Positions 24,041 to 36,374 are shown, counted from the first letter of the whole stretch. The stretch: 62,269 bases of DNA, filler included, from Jimgerdemannia flammicorona (GCA_003990765.1; 3 parts of 3 records of this genome joined end to end with filler, not necessarily neighbours in it); one strand, 5' to 3'. The notes: generated by a model from the sequence alone, not told the origin. Program-made: numbers and translations.

Positions 24041-24099
24041 GACATGTCTTTCAGCTGCTTGGACAGAGATGGAGGCTGGTTCTTGCTGTGGGATTGGAA

Positions 24100-25548
24100 C
24101 TCAGCCAGTGCTAGACCTGGTGGTTCTCAGTAATTTGTTTTGGACTCCAGCTGGTGTCAGTTGTAAGAACTGCAGGAGAGGAACTTCCATCTTGGCTTCT
24201 TGAATCTTCTGCCAGGCTTCATTGTAAATATCCCTAGGCATGGTCTTCAGGGTGTACTTCTTCTTAGACTTTGGAGCAGCAGGTTCCCATTCTTCTTGTT
24301 CCATTTCTTCATCTTCTGGTGGCAACTCATTTGTTTCAGGCACAAAAGGTGAGGGGGTTCAGGGAGGTGTTTCAACTTGTTCTTCCTTATGTTCTTCATC
24401 TTCTTCTTGAATGATTCTTCTGCTGATGTTCCTGGATGGTCTTCCCATAGGTCTCTTTCTTTTTTCTGCTGGGTAGACTGTCTTTTGAGTAGTAACCTTG
24501 GTAGAATACAAGTCTAGGTCACTGTAGTCTTCACTGTTGTTTGCTTCCTCGAAATCTTCAACAGGATGGGCTTCAGTCTTCTTGTACTGCATGTCATTCC
24601 TTCAGTTTGGTGGTTCTGAGTCCCTTCGGTCACTTCTTTTATTATCACATTTAGTGGCATAGTGTCCAAATTGTCCACAGTAGAAGTATTGGACTTGGGC
24701 TCTGTCTCAGGCAGGGTACCTTCTTTCTTCTTGCTGGTAATTCCTGTTATCTCTTGGTGGATAACCTTGGCTCCTCTGTGGTGGGTATCCTCTGTTGTTT
24801 TGGTAGTCCTGATTTTCGCATGTGGTGAGTTTTTCAATCTGCCCAACCAATTGGTCCAACTTGGAGCTGAGGTCTTGAATTTCACTTCTGTTCTTCTTTC
24901 CTTCCTTGGCTGGCCTTCTTTCTTCAGACCTTTCTTGTCCTGAAGGAGTCCTTGCAGGGCTTTGACCAGAATATCTTCTTTATCCTCTTTCTTATCATGG
25001 TCACTCCAGATAGTTCCTTGCCTGATATCAAAGAATCCTTGTGCTGCATCTACTTGCTCTTCAGACCTTCTGATGCCTAGGGTGCAGACATGCTGGGCAA
25101 TGTTTGGAGGAATTCCATTCATGAAGGTCATTGGACCTATGATGTCTTGGTTGGTGGCATTGAACCTGGCAGAATGCATTCTCTTCTGGATTCTTGTGAA
25201 GAAGGCTCTGGGTGATTCTCCAAGATTCATCTTCATTCCCATGATGGATTCCTGAGCCTTGTGGCGGGTTTCATTTCCTGCATACTTTTCTATAAGCCAG
25301 TAGACCATGGCCTGATATTCTAGCTCATAGGAGACTGCTGCTTGTATCTGTCTTATTAGTTCTGAATCTGGGTTGTTTGCTGTTCGATGGAAAATCCCTC
25401 TGGCTGGTTCTCTAAGCTGAGCTTTGTAGATGGCGATCTTCCTTTCATCTGAGAGATTCCTCAAGGCTGCAATTCCTTCAATTCCATCAAGGAATTCTCT
25501 GGGGTCTTCCTCCGGGTATCCTGCAAAGATTGGCAATGAGGTGGCCAT
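24100..25548 (-). pseudogene. gag: Family A gag (capsid + CCHC knuckle), with frameshift and TGA stops (probably from CGA)
   Basis: LPIFAGYPEEDPREFL capsid-like start; knuckle relic at ~24645-24690. Confidence 0.85.
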
Positions 25549-26100
25549 TTCTTCATCACTTTCTTCTGATTTTGGTTCAAATTCGGATTCTGATTCTGAT
25601 TCACTTCCTGAACTGTCACTAGAGACCAGGGTGCTTGGGTATCTTGAAGATGGTGTTCTGGTCCTTAGGTGAGGTGGAGTAGGCCTAGGTATCCTTGTAG
25701 GAGCTACTTCTGGTTCTGCAAGAGGTTGTGGTAGGAGTTCTATTGGTGAGATTGGTGGGACTGGTGTATACTGTCTGGCTGTAAGATGTTGGGTCTGGGT
25801 AATAAGTTCATCTAGTTCTTGTGCAAGTTCTCCAAAAACTCTAGCAGGGCTGCCTATATTGTCTGGTTGATCTGGTTGATCTAGTTGGGGATTTTGGGCT
25901 GTACTGCCTCCTGCTTCTGGTTGGGATCCTTCTGATGCTGGGTAGTTGGCAAGTCTTGAGGTGATTACTTCTCTTCCTGTCCAAATGCTAGTGATGACTG
26001 GTTCTCCTGTAGTGGTAGAGATTGGTATTGTATCAAATGTATCCAGTTTGACTGTGGATTCTTGTGAGCTGAAAAGTCATGTTGATTTTGAAATCATTTT

Positions 26101-26115
26101 CCAGTTGAGCCCCCA
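26101..26115 (-). promoter_or_regulatory. Primer-binding site, tRNA-Pro type
   Basis: Minus strand TGGGGGCTCAACTGG, 2 nt from the LTR end; resembles the classical tRNA-Pro PBS TGGGGGCTCGTCCGG. Confidence 0.8.
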
Positions 26116-26117
26116 AA

Positions 26118-27594
26118 TGTAATGTGCTGGCTCAATGGAGGCAAATTACAAGATTGGGGGTTGATGTAGTTTGGCTTGAGCCCCCAGTTACTTTGTTAAA
26201 AGCAACAAAATGTTCTTGGTGTTTAGTGGTATAATAGTCAAGATCTGGATACTATGTGAGCAGTTTCCTTATTGGGACAGTTCTCTGGGTATAGTGGCGA
26301 TTTGTATGTCTTTTCCTTCTTGGGTCAGCTGGGAATGGTACAATTTGTATGTAGCATGAGCGGTTTCCTTCTTGAGTGACAGGTGATTTCTGTGTAGCAC
26401 GATGATCTCCTTGTGTGTGACAGTCTGGCAATTTAATAGTTCTCCTTATGTGATTTTTGCATGACAATCTCTGTGTAGCATGACGGGTTCCTTATGCAGA
26501 TGTTCTGATAATTCAGCGGATAATCCGATTTGGCTCACTGGGAATCGTATGGCGTGGATTCTTCCTAGGCTCACTGGGAATAACAGATAACTCAGATGGC
26601 TCTTCTTGGGACAATAACTTGGATGTCACGGTTTCTTCCTGAATCGGCAGCTTTTCTGGGAAATAACTCAGGTGGCGCGGATCCTTCCTGAATTGACAGT
26701 TTCTTGAGGACAGTGGCTTAACTGGGAATTAACTCGGATGACACGGATTCTTCCTGGATTGGCGGGGTTCTTCTGGGAATGTGGCGGATAGCTTAGAAAT
26801 GGCAGATGATGTGAATTCTTCCTAAATCGGCGGAGTCTAACTGGGAAACAGGATGGCATGGATTCTTCCTGAATCAGCGGGCTTCAACTGGGAATATGAA
26901 CAACTGGTGATGTGGAAAGGGTCTCTTGGCAAAGTTGTGTCAAAGACTGGCTTCGTTTGTGTGAACGGATCACTGTGAAGTTGTATCAGAAACTGGCTTG
27001 GGCAAGGCGGCTTTCTAATGCAGATAACTTGGAAACGGCAGCTTATTCCTTAAGCAGCGGATTACTCAAAAGGTGGCGAAGTTCTCCTTGAACTTAGGTG
27101 GCAAATCTTCAGGCTTATCTGGTAAGTGAACCAATCAATCTTTGTATCAGAAAGTGGACTGGAGTGGAAAGGGGACTAATGCTCAATCTTTGGAGGCTTC
27201 TTTGGTGTTTGTATTTTGGACTGAGGTTTTATTCACTCTCGCCTCTGGGGTAATTTATACAAGTTGGTTGCTATCTGGTTACTATGTGGCTAACTATAGA
27301 TTTGCTATCTTCGGTAATGTTTGGGTGTGTCCTCTGGGTACAGGTGTATTCACAGGACATGAGTGTGTCCGCAGGACATAAGTGTGTCCGCAGGACATGA
27401 GTGTGTCTGCAGGACATGAGTGTGTCCTCAGGACACAGGTAAACAATCCTGATCTGATATCTTGGCTAATTATAAGTGTGGCGGGCATGAGTAACTATGA
27501 TACACTAGAAGTCACATCATGCTGAGTAAGTATGCTAATTGTTCGTGTCATCTGGCTAAGTTATAATTCAGGTGGTATGTTTTGGTCTGTTACA
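26118..27594 (-). repeat. Family A 5' LTR (1477 bp)
   Basis: TG...CA termini; homologous to 55397-56763; TATAAA at ~27254-27259 on - strand. Confidence 0.92.
27353..27437. repeat. 19-bp tandem repeat (CAGGACATGAGTGTGTCCG x4.5) in LTR U3
   Basis: Seen directly; also at ~56522-56600. Confidence 0.9.
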
Positions 27595-27969
27595 ATATAT
27601 ATAATTATTAATCTATAATAATAGTTTTATATAGTCTATCAAATTATACTTCTTTAAAAGATTTATTATATAGTAAACTCAGATAGTATAGTCTTTATTA
27701 TTAAAAGTTGAGATTATTCTCTTAATTACTATAATAGTAAAGACTATTATAATTATTATATATAATATATATGTATAATCTAATATATTAAAGAGATCTC
27801 TTTTTGACTACTAATAGAGCTTATAATTTATTATAATATATAATTTTTTATACAAAGTAGTACTTTATTAATATATAATATAAATAATATACTTATATAT
27901 ATTAGTTGATAATAATATAGAATTAATAATATAGTTGATATTCAATCTAAAAAATATAGCAGATTTCTT

Positions 27970-29210
27970 TATCTTGAATTCTTAACCTTTTTTGACTCTT
28001 TAGAGTTTTTGGCAAAGTATAAGAATAGGTAAGATTAAAGTATATATTTCTACAGACTTACTAGTTTTCTTACTTCTTTGCTTTTAAACTATTTCAATCT
28101 GAGATTTATTTATTCTAGATATTAAAAATATGGTAAAAGCTTTATAATCTTGAAAACTAGAACTTAAGTAGAAAGGATCTTACCTTGTACAAGATATAAA
28201 AAGAATTAACTTTTGGCTACAAAAACTCTCAGACACAATTATCTCTACTACTATTCATTAAAACTAACTCAAGAAATATTATGACCAATCAGTGAAATAA
28301 TACTATCACTCTCAAAATCACTAGTACTATACAATAAACTATAGAATGACAGTAGTATTCTATCAAACTGCTAATTATGGAAGAAACTTTGATAGTATCC
28401 AGAGTATAGTATAGATATATCTATTATGAATTTTATATTTCAAGGTCTATCAGAACTGAACTAAGTTTCAGAAATACTTTAAGTTAGAGCAGCTACTAAA
28501 CTTGAAGCCAGAAATAGAAAAAGAAGACTAGATCAGAGAGTGTTAGCTCCCCTATACTCAGATTACTACTGCTAAGAGAGTGTATAAGTTATTTAAGAAG
28601 GACAAACTAGCCCTAGTCTATTTCTAAGAAGTAGCCCCAGGAGACTTTGAATATATTAAGAGATAATATTGAAAGAATATAATAGTACAAATTGCACAAT
28701 ATAAGGAGATTCAACTGATCAAGACTTAGAAGTTTAAATAGGATATTTCAGAGATAAATCACCTATTCAGGAGAAAGTTATGATAGTTGATCTGAATTAG
28801 AAATATAAATCAAAGAAATAGACATTTGATTATGATATCTGAATTTAATTCCCAAATATAGTATAGCCTTATAAAATAGTAGTCATATTCATAATGTAGA
28901 AAACATTAACAACTATTAAAGATTTTACAGATATCAAAAAGATTCAATATTTGTAAGAAGTGACTTATAGGAAATATAGTCATAACTTAGCCACTATATA
29001 GCTAGCAAACTTATATAAATATCCCTAGTATCTAGAGTGAATAAACCTCAGATTGAAATAGTTCAAAGTAAAAAAAAACTAGTAAGCCTATAGGTAGATA
29101 CACTCAAACTCACCCACCCCTGTATCTCAAGAACTCTGTGAAGTCAAAGAAGATCAAGTTTTTAAGATACAGAAATCTAACATACATAGTTATATATCCA
29201 CTACATTATA
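27970..29210 (+). mobile_element. Family-B-related fragments: inverted LTR piece (~27970-28125), then + strand integrase end, ORF3 relic (28281-~28741) and LTR
   Basis: Colinear with 18890-19943 and with the reverse complement of 45666-46760. Confidence 0.8.
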
Positions 29211-29475
29211 AAATATATAATGATTTATTATAGAAATTATCTATAAGAATGACAAGATATATATTTATAATTTTAATAATCTTTATTATCAAATTCTCAA
29301 AGAAAATCATAACTTCCTTCTTACTAACTATATGAGATATTAGTAAACTATCTATATTATCTACTGTCATTTCTTCTGATCTACTATAAATTAAAATACC
29401 TGTCCATATTGTAAGGACTGGTGAATAAATCAGACAGGCAGCTTGTGTACAGCCACTGATGTCAACAAAAATGAC

Positions 29476-32400
29476 TCATGGAATTCTGTCCGACATCGTG
29501 ACTTCTATTGTTGAAGATTCCAAGACCAACGAAGACATATCTACTACGCCATTTAAATTCTGGCGCATACTGTCTGGAATCGTAACCTCTGTGATGCGTG
29601 GAATGTCCATCAGGGCCTTAGGGGCATCATGAGCAGGTTGCAGGAGAAGCTGGTCATGTACCAATTTTAGAGTGCTAACTATCCCTTCCATCTCAGGTCG
29701 CTCCTTCGGTTGCGCTGATCCACAACATCGGTACAAATTTTGATATTCAGGGCTGGGACACAGTGGCAGAGGCTTCAAACGGTTAGGGTTGACTGCTCTC
29801 TCATTGCTGCCAGGAAATTCGGATGACGCGATCTCCCAACACAAGACACCAAAGCCAAAAATGTCGTGCAGGTAGTTGTATGGCGGGGGTGGCTTCTTCC
29901 AGAGTTCAGGAGCGATGTATGGAAGTCGACCGTAGATCTTGATTCGGAATTCTGGGCGTTGTGCCTCCTCGAAAGTGCGGCTCAGCCCAAAGTCTGTGAG
30001 AAGAGCAGACCCATCCTGTACAAAAATATAATCGACAATGAGCATACATCCTCAGCCAATGTAAATATAAGGAATTCGAGATGTACTTACATCGTCTATA
30101 AGAATGTTGCCACTATGCATATCGCAATGAATTATATGGTATTGGTGAAGGAATTGTAACCCTTGTGCAATATCCAATGCGATCTTGACCTTTTCAGCCC
30201 AAGGCATACTAATAAATGCCTTGTTGTAATGAATATATTTCTGAAGACACGATTGGGCCCTGCGCATGACAATATAGTTCAAGGTGACATCTCTGTAAAA
30301 GAAATAGAAAGCGGGTATATATGAGCATACCACAAATATTTTTCATCTTTGCAATATTAGAATTTTAACGATTTGAAATTCATCAAGACATACCTTGTAA
30401 TACCATAGAATTGGACAATATTCGGATGACCTGTCACCATCTTTAGAATGCGCACTTCTTGTATTATATCTGTCGTATGCTTCAGTTGCGATTTGACAGC
30501 TACTTCTACTTTTATATCTTTTTCGATGCTCAAAACACCCATGTGGATATCTGCAAACCCACCCCTGCAAGCATTCTTTTGAGTGAAGAACAGATTTTCA
30601 AAATCAATAATGTCTAACCCCAATTGCTCCAGCTCCTTGTTGATATCAATTCCTGTCATATGTTGCAAAAGATTCATTGAATAACCTATGTGAACCAACT
30701 GCAGAAATTAGATAGTGTAATAAATTCAACGCACGAACCTATTTTTCTTTGGTTTTCTAGGCCTAGCCAGACACTCTCCAATAGTTCCCAGTTGAAGTCA
30801 CGATCATCTTCGGCGGACTTCAGGTCTCGCAACCTGGACACCACGGCATCTATGGGAGGCCGAACAAGTATGTCGGTATCCCAACATACCTCATAGAGTC
30901 GAATGTAATCAAGCGGGACATTTGTCATCGGTAATACAGTCTCTGTGTCCATTCCTGGTCGGAGGCCGTCCATGATTTTTTCGAGGAGGTCTGGATTGTA
31001 GTTGTCCTCAAATGCACGCTTCTCATGTAGAATTTCCCACAACAGAATTCCAAGGCTGTAAATATCGCTCTTCTCGAAATCTACTTGCACTCCATCATAA
31101 TAGTCCAGCCGTTCCCGGATGCGAGCGTTTGTCGTTGAGCAGGTGAGTCCGCTCAGACTGAAGCCAGTCAGTGCCACCGAGCCATCTTTGCGGATTAGAA
31201 CATTCTCGCAATCCAACCCTAATAAAATATTTGTCACTAACATACATCATATAAGGGTACAAGAACTATTCTATACATTTAGAGCATAAATGGAAAATGT
31301 AAATACCTCGATGTACGATTCCTTTGACATGCATATGCTGTAATCCACATACCAAACCATATGCCATTTTTATTCTTGTTGACCATGGCAACGAAATGTT
31401 TTTTTTTACATCCCAAAAGTCATGCATATTTCCCCTCTCTGCATACTCCAGAATAATTTCGTATTGGTTGGTTTCAGGATTCCTATACAGAATAATCAAA
31501 ATGTTGATTATTGATATCAACAATATGCCTCTTTCTAAAATGACAATTTTATAACTTACTTGGTAATACCATAAAACTGAATAATGTGATCATGCTCTCC
31601 CAATGTTATAAAAACTTGAACATCATGAACCATATCGCTCAAATCCAAAAAATCCTTAACAGCAACAAATGGCGATTCATGTCCTTTCCAACTAGCCCTG
31701 TACACTGTCCCATAGTTACCGCGGCCAATTATACCGACTTTTATAAGGTCTCCAAAGGGTATTGTACGAATGGTCTCCGTGGCCAAGGCGTTGACAATCC
31801 AGTCATGTGGCTCGGCTTCATTTGATTGAATCTGTAATTCCATTTCTCCCATAATAACCCTGTCATATGCGAGTTTTGCAGATTCCTTGGTATCAGTTGA
31901 AGTTGGGCTGACCTTCCACTGCGGATCGTTGCTGCCTGAGGTGTTGTGATCGTCTTCTATGGCAGGTGGAACACGCTTAGGAATATATCGGTGGGCGAAC
32001 CAGTGCGTCCTGGCTGCATCCGGCTTGCCAGTGCGGCCTTTTTTCAGATTTTGTTCGCGCTGTTGTTTCAACTTCTGGCGTACTGTGGCTAATTCCTGGT
32101 TTGTTTGCCTGACTTGATAGGTATGCACGCAGAAAATCGGTATGTAAAAGCAAAACAACCAACCTTCGAAACAAATTACAACAAATATAAAACTTGCAGC
32201 TCAAACCAAGAGAATATGCCCTACAGCTGCAGATAACTGTTTCATAATTTGACATACCATTGATATTTGGCTTAGCCGAAGTCTTGTTTTGTTTCAAAGC
32301 ATTGTCTATGGCATCTGTCATCTCGCTGTCAATGTTGTTGTCTAAAAACGAACAGAGGATAGGGATGAACAAACATGCATAAATTAGCTGCATCGAATTA

Positions 32401-35085
32401 CCCACATTTAAACAGTTACATACTGATTTCTGACATACTTCTGAGATCCAGTTGGGTAAGAGTTGTGTTTTGCTTCAGAAGCTCAGCCAGAGCACGGGCA
32501 CCCTCATTGCCGATTTTGTTATCTATGAATACTCAGAGGTCAGCTGGATCGAATCAATCACATTCAAACAGTCACACACTGATTTCCGACATACAGGAGA
32601 GTGCCAGCTGGGTAAGGGTCGTGTTCTGCTTCAGAGACTCAGCCAGAGCACAGGCACCCTCTACTTTGATCATATTAACTGAAAATGCACAAAATGCGCA
32701 CAGGTCAGCTGGATCAACACCCCACATTCAAACAGTCACACTGATTTCCGACATACTTTCGAGCCTCAGTTGAGCGAGGGCCGCGTTCTGCTTCAGAGAC
32801 TCGGCCAGAGCACGGGCACCTTCAGAGCCGATTTGGTTGTCTAAATGAATACGCATAAGTCAGCTGAATGGAATCACCCGCATTCAAACAGTCACATACT
32901 GATTTCCGACATACTTTCGAGATTCAACTGGGTAAGCGTCGTGTTCTGCTTCAGAGACTCGGCCAGAGCATGGGCACCCTCATATTTGATTCTATTCACT
33001 GAAAAATGTACAAATACGCATGGGTCAGCTGGATCGAATCACCCAAATTCAAACAGTCACACACTGATTCCGACATACAGGAGAGATTCAGCTGGATAAG
33101 GGTCGTGTTCTGCTTCAGAGACTCAGCCAGAGCACGGACACCCTCATCGCCGATGCTATTCCCTGAAAATGCACAAATACGCAAGGTCAGCTGGATTGAA
33201 TCACCCACATTAAACAGTCACACACTGATTTCTGACATACCTCGGAGATTCAGCTGGGTAAGGGTTGTATTCTTCTTCAGAGTCTCGGCCAGAGCACAGG
33301 CACCCTCAGCCCCGAATCTATTCCCTGAAAAATGCACAAAATATGCACAAGTCAGCTGGATCGAATCACCCACATTCAAACAGTCATGCACTGATTTCCG
33401 ACATACTTTTGAGATTCAGCTGGGCAAGGGTCGCGTTCTGCTCGAGAGACTCGGCCAGAACACGGGTACCCTTAACGCCGATGCTATTCCCTGAAAATGC
33501 ATAAATACGCAAGGTCAGATGGATCGAATCACCCACATTCAAACAGTCACACACTGATTTCCGACATACTTTCGAGATTCAGCTTGGTAAGGGCCGTGTT
33601 CTGCTCCAGAGACTCGGCCAGAGCACGACCACCCTCAGCGCCGATTTTGTTATCTAAATGAATATGCACAAGTCAGCTGGATCGAATCACTCATATTCAA
33701 ACAGTCACACTAATTTCTGACATACTCTCGAGATTCAGCTGGGTAAGGGTCGTGTTCTGCTTCAGAGACTCGGCTAGAGCACAGGCACCCTCATCGCCGA
33801 TGTTATTATTCAAGTAAGAAAAACCTGAAAAATGCACAAATACACACAGGTCAAGGATCGCATCACCCACATTCAAACAGTCACACACTGATTTCCGACA
33901 TACTTTCGAGATTCAGTTGGGTAAGGGTCGTGTTCTGCTTCAGAGACTCGGCGAGAGCACGGGCACCCTCATGGCCGATGCTATTCCCTGATAAATGCAC
34001 AAATACGCGGGATCGAATTACACACATTCAAGTAGTCACACACTGATTTCCGACATAATTAATTACGTACCTCCGAGATTCAGCTGGGTAAGGGTTGTGT
34101 TCTGCTTCAGAGACTCAGCCAGAGCACGGGCACCCTCAACTTTGATGATATTTACTGAAAAATGCACAAAATATGCACAGGTCAACTGGATCGAAGCACC
34201 AACATTCAAACAGTCACACTGATTTCCGACATACTTTCGAGATTCAGCTGGGTGAGGGTCGCGTTCTGCTTCAGAGACTCGGCCAGAGCACGGGCACCTT
34301 CAGCGCCGATTTGGTTGTCTAAATGAATACGCACAGGTCAGTTGGATGGAATCATCCACATTCAAACAGTCACATGCTGATTTCCGACATACTAAAGAGA
34401 TTCAGCTGAGTAAGCGTCGTGTTCTGCTTCAGAGACTCGGCCAGAACACGGGCACCCTTAGCGCCGATTTCGTTATCTAAATGGATGGATACGCACAAGT
34501 CAGCTGGAACGAATCACCCACATTCAAAAAGTCGCACACTGATATCCAACATACTGGAGAGATTCAGTTGGGTAAGCGTCGTATTCTGCTTCAGAGACTC
34601 GGCCAGAACACGGGCACCCTTAGCGCCGATTTCGTTATCTAAATGGATACGCACAGGTCAGCTGGATCGAATCACCCACATTCAAATGGTCACAGTGATT
34701 TCTGACATACCTTTGAGATTCAGCTGGGTAAGGGTCGTGTTCTGTTTCAGAGACTCGGCCAGAGCATAGGCACCCTTATAGTCGATGTTATTCCCTGAAA
34801 ATGCGCAGTCAGCTTGATCGAATCGCCCATATTCAAACAGCCACACACTGATTTCTGACATACATTCGAGATTCAGCTGGGTAAGGGTCGTGTTCTGCTT
34901 CAGAGACTCGGCCAGTGCGAGTACACTCTCAGCGTCAATACGCCTGCCTGAAGTTGAATAGATGGATGAGCAAATACGCACAGATCGCCAATTGGAACTC
35001 ACCAGACAGCTGCAATCAACAGTTCGCTCTGTTCAAACATACCTTCGAGGTTCAGCGCAGTCTGGGTCGTGAGCAGTGTTCGCAT
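29476..35085 (-). CDS. Multi-exon RNI/NLRC3-like LRR (16 repeats) + pseudokinase + TKL-like kinase protein
   Basis: ATG 35085 (MRTLLTTQTALNLE|gtatgt), TATA-like run at ~35177-35187. LRR exons NxIGxEGAxALAESLKQNTTLTQLNL. Kinase domain 1 at ~30800-31745 (GRGNYG, VAVK, HRG, GFS). Kinase domain 2 at ~29660-30570 (RGGFA, VAVK, HCDMHSGN, DFG, APE). Stop at 29476. Exon boundaries inferred from GT-AG sites. Confidence 0.85.
32330..34950 (-). repeat. Tandem array of 16 exon+intron units (~155-180 bp), each carrying an 84-nt LRR exon (one 99 nt)
   Basis: The core ctgcttcagagactc (or a close variant) recurs at ~32470, 32626, 32787, 32945, 33109, 33270, 33437, 33600, 33756, 33934, 34101, 34265, 34423, 34585, 34740 and 34894. 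Confidence 0.95.
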
Positions 35086-36374
35086 GTCTGTGTCTAAGTT
35101 CAAGGTGTCAAATGGTGGCGTGCGTGTAATGGCACGTGCTCAGAAATCGGTCTTGCGTGACCAGTTTTCCGAGGCGTATATATATACTGAATCTGATGTC
35201 TGCGGTGATGTCGACACAGTGGCGACAGCATAGGCCCGTGTTTTAAACCCCCTCCCCAACTACCCTCCCTTCATCCTTTCTTTCCTTTGGACTTTCCTTC
35301 ATGATTTTGCTTTGGTTCATGCTTTTGTTTATTGTTATGCTTTCCGATAACCCCTGCATTTGATCGGAAAAGTTTTTTATTTTCCACCAGCTCATGTGTT
35401 TATTGCGGCACCCGCCTCCGCATCGGCCATGACCAAACTGCTTATTTTAACTTCTGTCTATTTTGTTGGCAAGAACCCGCCAAGGAGCAACCACGGGTCG
35501 GATTTGGCACCGTTCAATCAGCAGCCATTGTCCACGGGTGAGTTACGATGTTCCTCCCACTGTGTCAGCGTGGAGTCAAATCGCCTCCGTCTCTCACGAT
35601 ACCCTAGATCACGAACTGGATGAGTCAAAAGGGCGAGCAAAATATTTCTCCTGGCAAGTGGAATGATTCATTTGGTGATTCGGTAGTCTTTCGTAAAGTG
35701 ATAGCTGTTCAGACAATCGAATTATTTCTGCCCATATTAGGGTCAACAGGGTCAGCGTAGGGAGGTGGTGTGGATGGGTGTTCTTGGGGCAGCAGTGCGT
35801 TATAATGTACATGGAACCGAAGCTTCTGAGTAATGCCAAGAGAGTTGCAATTTTTAAAATTAGATATCAGAAAAAGTGGGGATGGAGCGTCGGGTACCAC
35901 AGATATTGGGCTACTGTAATATCATATATTGTTCAAACACATTGACAGACATCATGTCACTGCAAATTGTCATTTTCAAACCACATTTTAACACCACTTG
36001 GCGAGTTTGGAGCGGCTGGTGGTGATGTAGGTGATCGAGTCAGCTGAAGGTTCGTGATAGGAAGGGTGGCTGGCTCGGCACCGCTTCATGCTTTAAGGTA
36101 TTGACATGATTTTTAATTCGACAAGATCTTTCTTGCATCAACAAAAGTTCCACCTCTGAGGTAACAATACCTGAAGGAAGACCACTACTATTCCACCACA
36201 TAAGTGATAGAATGTTCGACAAGATGGGGTCACCTCGAAATTTTTGGGGGGCATGTGGTGTTTTGACCTTGGCAACCCTTCTCGGTTTTGATCGTGCCGC
36301 GATTTTCTCGAGTGGAGCACCATGACACCAGGAAAATAGTCGCGTTGCCAGGAGCCGCCACCGACATGCTCAAC

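Larger units (their letters stand above)
20792..27594 (-). mobile_element. Ty3/Gypsy family A, copy 1 (5' LTR-gag-PR-Cys/His insert-dUTPase-RT; truncated at gap)
   Basis: LTR 26118-27594, tRNA-Pro PBS, gag ORF 24514-25548, knuckle relic YFYCGQFGHYATKC, protease ILIDTGA, dUTPase motifs, RT with YMDD. Confidence 0.95.

Noticed and set aside
20056..27594. Treating 20056-20691 as the 3' LTR of family A copy 1
   Set aside because: The sequence does not match the family A LTR, the flanks (TTAT vs ATAT) are not a TSD, and a contig join lies between.
32375..34769. Plus-strand ORFs with repeated FSWVRVVFCFRDSARA
   Set aside because: Antisense shadows of the LRR exons.
32330..34950. Regular repeat/spacer array resembling CRISPR
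   Set aside because: Units are LRR exons plus GT-AG introns, the 'spacers' are homologous to each other, there are no cas genes, and the context is eukaryotic.
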